Below, piece after piece: positions 56,606 through 64,000 of a stretch of DNA of 64,000 nt. The position numbers and the translations under genes were made by a program. The stretch's first letter is position 1. Every line of letters begins with the position of its first letter. The DNA comes from Eledone cirrhosa (taxonomy: Eukaryota): contig OZ024741.1 in the NCBI GenBank assembly GCA_964016885.1, positions 93,992,001-94,056,000 of the forward strand. Reading direction: 5' to 3'. Under the pieces are notes generated by a model that did not search any database, was not told where the DNA came from, and saw only the letters and a program-made list of their open reading frames with translations.

Positions 56606-57045
56606 TCATCCCTTGAATCGCAAGAATGTTTTGCAAATTAGGGAGCTGCGTTCTTTGTCCATAAATCCAAATTCAGTCATAATTTGTCCAAGCGGGCTGG
56701 TATATAACCTGTAGCTCCAATAATGTTGGGTATGAAGCTGTAGGTGTATCTTGGATGGTCCGTAGATATCCTCCTCTTGTATTTTTCTTACAACGTTGAC
56801 ATCAAGTGGGCAGCTGATCTCTACAACAGAGCACGTTTTCAATGTGTGGTCCCAAACAACAATATCAGGCAGGTTGTGCTTTAATTTGGTGGCAGTTTTT
56901 ATTTTCAGGTTCAACTAGTATTCTTTAGTACCATCTATCTCAACATATTCCTCATTTGTTTTTAATTTTGTTTTCCTAAGTGCGTTCCAGATGGTTCTAG
57001 CTATCACATCGTGTCTCACAGGGAAGTAGTAACGAGGTGACATTC
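56606..57045 (-). pseudogene. RLE-type (R4/NeSL-like) non-LTR retrotransposon C-terminal fragment
   Basis: YY.PVRHDVIARTIW...TATKLKHNLPDIVVWD...VVEISCPLDVN...IYGP. Confidence 0.7.
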
Positions 57046-57769
57046 TGTTTGTATGTATGTATGTTATGTCGGGTCACTCTTGAATGCTACTGGTAACATG
57101 TAACCCAGTACAACCTGTCACATGGTCGGTTCGTCAGCGACTAAATCGGCAACCTCACCAAGTTTAATTGGTGAGGAGGGTGATTTTTGACACCCTGCAG
57201 GACAAAAAACAAAACCTGACAAAGGGCGGAAGAACTCATAAGATTCAACGGCCATCCAAAAGTGTTTAAATATGTACATACACATGTACATATGTATGTA
57301 TATGTGTATATGCATGGGTGCATGTGTATGCGCGGGGACATAGAAATAGTCGGGCTGGACACCCGATCGCGCGGTTAAACCACTGGGAGTGAATGACCCC
57401 TAGTTTTTGTCAGGGCATTCTTCTAGGAGAAGGCAACTCAGGAAACTGGGATAACTCCGATATAAAACCTGCGGCTCAGTAGTTACCGATGATGTTGATC
57501 TTTTCTTCTTTTCGGGTTATAGCTACTGTCGCTCAGAGAGTGGGATTGGCTCAGTGCACAGTCTTTCCTCACTTTAAAAAATATCTTCACGCATAGGCAT
57601 TGCATGATAGAACTAATTAATAATTATTTATAATGGTATATCGTGCAATGGTCATACTCGATAACGAGGAGGCAACCATCATCATGTATGTATGTATGTA
57701 TATATATATATTTAAAAAAAAAATATATATGTATATATATATGTACATGTCTGTATATGCATGTGAGTG

Positions 57770-57844
<75 letters not shown>

Positions 57845-58320
57845 CTGGTGACAATGTTGTTTCGAATGTTTGCCTATTCTTGTTTTCACTTAGTTTATTT
57901 AAACTTGAAGTTACAAAATCTTATATTTACTTGAAATATTGTTTTCTCTATAATTTGTAATTCCGAGCCCTTTCTTCCGTGAGTATTATAGGCATTTTAA
58001 AATTAGACTAGGTTTTAATTTATTTTTGTATCTGAAGAGCGGTCGCCAAACATTCTGTGCGCCGTCATAAAGTTGGCTGTATAATAGACTTTTGGACTAG
58101 CGTTCATCGTTTATGAAATTACATAATTAGCCAGTCAATATTGAGTCAGGACAAGAAATTCTTCAACACGTGAACTGTCACATGCTACATGTATCCATCC
58201 ATCCGTCCATCAATCTATCCATCTCTCCATCTATCCATCCATACATACATACATACATACACATGTTGTATAAGACCAAATTCTATATGTATGTCAATTT
58301 TAACATTTGAACCTTTGCAG

Positions 58321-58531
58321 ATCAATAGCCTCATCAATATTAAACAAGAATTCGACAGTAGTAAGGACATATTAGATAGTCTATATGAAGAATATAATGA
58401 TATATTGCAAAATACCTTCTCAGTTATGAACGAACACCTTAGGAATGAAGATATTATATCAAAGGTTGCTAGAGATAGCCAGGAAACGCAGGAAACCTTA
58501 CAAAATACTAAATGCACCATTATTGTGACAG
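58321..58531 (+). CDS. Dynamin-like GTPase, exon 2
   Basis: ttgcag|ATC ... ACAG|gtatgt; INSLINIKQ...CTIIVT; phase 0 to 1. Confidence 0.85.
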
Positions 58532-58723
58532 GTATGTACAATCGTATTTTATTAACTGTCTAAACGTCATGTAATATGAACTTTAATATTAATACTTTGG
58601 TAAGCAGTGCTGTTTAAGCGCTTAGATGGCGAATTGGCAGGGTCGCTAGAACGTCGGATGGAATGCTTTGCGGTATTCGTTCCGACGTTTTAATGACTCT
58701 ACCAATTCGCCGCCATATATGTA

Positions 58724-58786
<63 letters not shown>

Positions 58787-58866
58787 ACACATACACACAC
58801 ACACACACACACACATATATATCTATTTGTGACTGTCTGTCTGTATGTGTTTAATTTATTATTGAG

Positions 58867-59062
58867 GGCGGTAGATTGGCAGTTTCGGCAGAGCGTCGGG
58901 CAATATGTTTTGCAGCATATAGTTACAATTCTTTACGTTCTGAGTTCAAATCCCGCCAAGAGGTCGATAAAATAAAGTACCAGTAACGCTCTAGGGTTGA
59001 TTTAATCGATTTTCCCCTTCCCCAGATATTGTTTTTCTTGTGCCCAAAGGCATAAACAATTA
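58867..59062 (+). mobile_element. tRNA-derived SINE (internally deleted) abutting the 3' splice region
   Basis: ggcggtagattggcag...gagttcaaatcccgcc...gtcgataaaataaagtaccag...aacaattatt. Confidence 0.75.
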
Positions 59063-59099
59063 TTGTTATTTCTTTACATACTTTTCTTTGTTTCGACAG

Positions 59100-59383
59100 G
59101 TGAAACAGGGGCTGGCAAAAGTACGCTGTTAAACCTTATATTAAATGATATGGTGTTACCCCATCATGCAATTAGTTGCACATCCACTATCTGCATGATC
59201 AAATACGGAGAGAAGAAACACATGAAAATAAGTTACTGCAGTGGTAAAGTGAATGAGATTGATGTTAACGATGATGAAGAATCAAAAGCAAAAATAAAGG
59301 ATGCCATGTTTAAACGATCAGGACGTGAAAAAGGTTCTGATATCAGATCTGTTGAATTACAACTTCCTAGTGATATTTTAAAA
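59100..59383 (+). CDS. Dynamin-like GTPase, exon 3 (G1 P-loop, G2)
   Basis: cgacag|GT... GETGAGKSTLLN...LP...CTSTIC.IKYG ...AAA|gtaaga; phase 1 to 0. Confidence 0.9.
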
Positions 59384-60411
59384 GTAAGATTTTTTTCTCT
59401 CTATTCCACACTAGCATGATTTGATTTGGAGGTTTATTTGACCAGTGGATTTTGTAAAGATATGTTCTTTAAGCTTACAGTAAACAAATTAAATAGAAGA
59501 CCAAGATATCAAGGAAAAGTTTGTATTGCTTACTATGGAGTGGATTTCTCATGGATGTGGTATAGAATTTAAATAATCTAAAGATGTAGGCCACTCCAAA
59601 TTTCAGAATAGCTCAAAATTTTGGGTCTATTTTGGGTTTTGAAGATTGTCGACTGCTATTAAAATACATAGTATTTCGAGATAACGGCAAAATAAAGTTT
59701 CTTTACATGGTTCTAAAAAGATTGCGAGTACCAAGTTTCCATATGAGACTGCTCGTCATGATAAGTTCGATAATATGCAGTGAGGTGAGTATATAAAGTT
59801 AAAAGTTGTTAACAAGTGTAGGACATTGCCATTATTTTTAATGATGAATAATGATTGAACTATGATGTCGTTAAATCAAATTCCTATAAAAAGAATTCTG
59901 GTGACTGTTTGTAATGGCTGACTAAATCGTAGAATTGCTAATGTTATCATTCGACAATACATTGATTTAAACATTGATTTAAATTAAAAGATTATATCAT
60001 TTGCTTGAAATAAAAAAAAAATAATAATTGAATCCCCTATACTCATGAACAACTCTGAAATTTTAAATATCCAATTCATTACACAGCAATCTGTTTTGAA
60101 AGCCTGGTTCTTATAACCTTGTCAAAATCGTGTAAAGAATCAAGACTTTGTCCTTATATCCACAAAATCAGCTTTTAGAAGCTATCGTTTGTCTGTAAAC
60201 GAAGTATACACTATCCGATTTATCCTTTTTTTTAAAAGAGCTAATTTGAGGGAGACTTGGTTGCTGTTTGTAGCAGGTCGAGCGACCGTGTAAAAGCTCT
60301 CTTGTTGGTTCCTATAAATATGTTATAAGTATAAAATAAACTAGGAGTTATCAATACTTTTTCATGATTCTATACTCGTTCTTATACACTTATCATTTAT
60401 TCTTTTACCAG

Positions 60412-60561
60412 TGTGGCTTAGTTCTCGTGGATTCACCCGGGATTGGTGAAAACGAAGCAATGGAGAACATTCTTACGAAGTTTATAAAAGAAAATCAAAT
60501 TCAAGGATTTATATACGTGATTAAAGTTGATGGAGCAGCCTGTGGAATTCAAGAAGACAGG
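60412..60561 (+). CDS. Dynamin-like GTPase, exon 4 (G3)
   Basis: taccag|TGT; CGLVLVDSPGIGE...FIYVI...QEDR|gtgaga; 150 nt. Confidence 0.9.
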
Positions 60562-61966
60562 GTGAGAAAGATTTTCTAAATGATGAAGACTGGCTGCTTG
60601 ATGATCAAATTTATAGTTTTGGTTGAATCTGATAAAATCTTATCCAGACCTGTGTTATCGTTCCTGAATCTACTAGCAAGATTGTATATATCGTTGATAG
60701 TTATGAAATTTTGCAATATTACGCAATTTGTAAGGCTACATTATATTTAAGGCTATTATTGTTTTGATATACTACTATTGCGACTTCAGTAAAGAGATTG
60801 CTAATTTTGATTATGTAGCAATCTGACGACTAATCGAATATAACCGACGCTATCTATGTTTCTGGATATTAGATTATAATTATATACGATTCCATAGAAT
60901 CTTCATTATGTATCACATTCAACAATCTCACTGGATAAGCCTTTTAAAGACGGTTAAGAGAATTTCAGATATGTGATAGATCTCAGTAATATTAGTTTCT
61001 TTATTTTGAGTGTAAATATGATAAATTTTAAGCTAGCAGAAACCGAATTTTTAAAGTCAGAAGTAACGAAATAGAACAATTACATCAACTCCATTTCAGC
61101 ATCAGAATGAGAGAATGTGAAAAGCTTTTAAAATAATGAGTTATTGAATTGGTATAATGTCGTACACATTGTGGGAGGACACAATCAATTAATTTGAACC
61201 CAGTACTTAATTGGTGCTATCGATTCTAGATGATAAAAGGCAAAGTCGATGTCACCAGCATTTTAATGATATACTTTTAGTTGAAATAAGGCAAAAAATT
61301 AGGGGTATTCGACTTGGAAGTTACACTAGTCAGGAATTTGAAATCAGAACTTTTAGGGACGTGAAAGAGACATTTTTCTCTTGAGATGTTGCTAGTAGTT
61401 CCTGGCAATTTATGCGGACGATTACTGCTTCTTGTTACTCAATTCCTCAACCAAGAGGCTTTCCATTCTTTGATCAATGTTACTCGTTTACAGACTTTAT
61501 CGATTTCAGTGATATTAAATTATAAATGAATTAAATCAAGGTTTAACTAAATAATGGCCGTATCTCAATTTGTTGAAAATTGATGACTTTGTTCACAGTA
61601 AAGAACAAATGACTCAGAGGATACGTTTGATTTACCAAAGTAAATGCAAATTAATGTGGTTTGAGATTGGACATTTAATTATCTCAGCTCTTAAAGTTAG
61701 GTGAACTTGATATGGTATCTTTTCAAATGTTATTTGATAAAAAAAAGTCGCTATATCTAGAGAATGATTTATCTTCCACATAAGCACAATCGAAATCAAA
61801 CAGCAGTCGTTCATTTCTCTGTAGGCTCTAGTTTTAATTCCCAGCTACCACACATTCTGTACCGCCTCAATCGCTCATTATTATGAAATGTAACCAATCT
61901 AGATATATATTTAAAATCCTAAAATCAAACAAATAATTATTTTATAATTTTCTTTTCTTCATATAG

Positions 61967-62304
61967 ATTTTGAAACTAATGAAAATTGTAATTGAGAAAC
62001 ACCAATCCTCTAATACAGATCCATCAGAAACGTGCTTGTACGACACGGCAACAACCCTATTTATCTTCAATCGTTGGGATTTAGTTCGAGAAGAAGAAAG
62101 GGAAACGGTGCATGAACACGTTGTGAAACGTCTGCTGCGGTGCTCTCAAGGCCTAGATACATCTGAAATTTTATTCATGTCAGCAACATCAGCGAAACGG
62201 CAATTAGAAAACGGCTTTGTTCCTAGATCCTATGTAGACCTAATGAAAGGGATCAAGACGATGATGGAGAAGACTACATTTATTATACTAAAACGATTCT
62301 ACAG
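61967..62304 (+). CDS. Dynamin-like GTPase, exon 5 (G4)
   Basis: atatag|ATT; TLFIFNRWDLV...ILFMSA; AG|gttgag; phase 0 to 2. Confidence 0.9.
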
Positions 62305-62527
62305 GTTGAGTATAATTTCTTGTCCCGATTTTAACTTAAATTTTGATGTTACTTGACACTTACAACATTCTTAATCATATAAGCTAAGTAAATCATCCTA
62401 AAGATGTCTGTCATTAAATGGCAGTTAAAATAGCGTGCAAGCGATATTAGCTACCATAGAACAATTGTTAGATTGCGTAGTATAATATGTATTTTAAAAC
62501 ACTTATACAATTATATATGTGAGGTCT

Positions 62528-62670
62528 AATGGCTGTGTGGTTAAGAAGTTCACTTTGTAGTTGCGTGGTTTCAGATTCCACCCTACGGTATGCTGCCTTC
62601 GGTAAGTGTATTGTACGATGCCCTCGGGCCGACCAAATTCTTGTGAGTGAAATCTAGAAGATAAAAACCT
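62528..62670 (+). mobile_element. Diverged second SINE family (CORE-like)
   Basis: gtgtggttaagaagttc...gccttcggtaagtgt...cctcgggccgaccaaa..cttgtgagtg. Confidence 0.5.
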
Positions 62671-63181
62671 ATCAGAGTGACTGTCCCTGTTTTTGAGCGG
62701 TAGACTTAATTCGTCGCCTGATTATACACCAACATATGACTCTTGGGTGTCATTAGCAATGCCTATTCTATTTGTGCCAGGACAACTTCCGCCTTTCTAA
62801 CTCACCTTTTTCGGAAAAGGCCACCAAAAGAGTTATGAACGCTGCCCATCTAAGCTATGAAAAAACAAAACAAAAAAAAACAAAACATATTAGCTGCAGT
62901 TGATGTCTATTCTACCATTTTTCATAAATATGAAAAAAATAGCGAAAGTATTGTTGCAACTCCCTTCTATGTAAATTACTCAACTTCCAAAATTCTAAGT
63001 AGAATCTCTAAACTTTCGTACAGAAACAGGTCAATCGTTTTTGGAGAAAGAAATTATAAGAACATGAATATATAATAAATATTCTAATAATTCACCTCAT
63101 TTCTAATTTCCTTGTTTTACGTAAAAGCATATTTTATCTAAAGACATTTAAATATATAAAAATAGTTTCCTTTCTCTAAAG

Positions 63182-63514
63182 CAGAGGTTCTCGAACTTTT
63201 TGGACCTCCCCCCCACGGTTACGTAATACCCTAACGCCTCCAACCCTATTTCCAGAAAGACCTGCCTACACATGAATTGTAAATAATAAATAGATAAAAT
63301 CGTTAATTTATATATAATAAAAATATAATATATACTGTGTATAAATAAATATATATTTTTTATTTTACTACATTTATATATAGTATGTATCATTTGATAT
63401 TTAATATACTATTGTATCATCTCTACCACCCCATCGCCCCCTTAGGCCGCAGTGCCCCCTGGACCTTCTCAATGCCTCCTGAGGGGGGGGTAGCACCCAA
63501 TTTGAGAACATCTG
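63182..63514. mobile_element. hAT (Charlie-like) MITE
   Basis: TIRs cagaggttctcgaa / tttgagaacatctg; 8-bp TSD ctctaaag on both sides (63174-63181 and 63515-63522). Confidence 0.9.
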
Positions 63515-63565
63515 CTCTAAAGTATAAAAAACAAATATTTTCATAGTACTATTTTTCTTAAACAG

Positions 63566-63836
63566 GTGGCTAAATTATATGGTTTCTCGGAGTTTGCACC
63601 ACTGTAAGACATTGTTTAGTGGAGCTGACTTCTCTGAATATCAGCAGAAGCAAAGGTTCCAGGAAGCTGAGAAGAAATTGAATATTTTAGAGAAGAATTC
63701 TGTAGAAATATTCCAGGAATTACGAGACAGTATTGATGCAGAAGAGACAAGATTGAAGCAATGTTTAACAGAGCAGCTTCAGTCTCCAGATATTCAGAAT
63801 AAAATATATTCCTTTGAAAACACAGAAATTGACTTT
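63566..63836 (+). CDS. Dynamin-like GTPase, exon 6 (helical/coiled-coil); gene continues beyond the window
   Basis: aaacag|G TGG CTA; phase 2 to 0; TTT|gtaagc. Confidence 0.85.
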
Positions 63837-64000
63837 GTAAGCCGTTTCTTCTTTAAATCTTAATTATTAGTTCGTACGATTACATAATAAGAAATAATTT
63901 TTGTTTAGCTCTAAATGTTAAGTATCACGTTTCTAATATTATATTACTTGTTAGAAATGTAGGCTTTTATTTATATGCATACACACGTACATACATACAT

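Noticed and set aside
58321-63836. Assigning a gene symbol (MFN, DNM, DSTYK)
   Set aside because: Only the GTPase motifs are recognisable, and orthology cannot be established from this window.

Overview
AT-rich, microsatellite-saturated animal genomic DNA, most consistent with a coleoid cephalopod such as Octopus (an inference from the (TA)/(CA)/(GA) load and SINE types). Most ORFs in the track are microsatellite artefacts. One spliced host gene is supported: a + strand dynamin/mitofusin-like GTPase with 6 phase-compatible exons at 38700-63836 that runs off the window. The rest is transposon debris: Penelope-like elements (RT and GIY-YIG pieces), CRE/R4-type RLE LINEs, Tx1/L1, RTE, Tc1/mariner, a hAT MITE, Helitrons and tRNA-derived SINEs. 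The main unannotated signal is RNA-level. The window is dense in type I hammerhead ribozyme (HHR) motifs (CUGANGA-stem II-GAAA-stem III-UH). They are carried by short non-coding elements that sit in (TA)n tracts and often form fold-back inverted repeats whose inversion point falls at the ribozyme core. A ~310-bp tandem array at 42839-44625 has one HHR per unit and looks like a retrozyme (circular-RNA-forming, Penelope-mobilised) inside the first intron of the GTPase gene. All calls were made by eye, and no ribozyme activity or expression is demonstrated.
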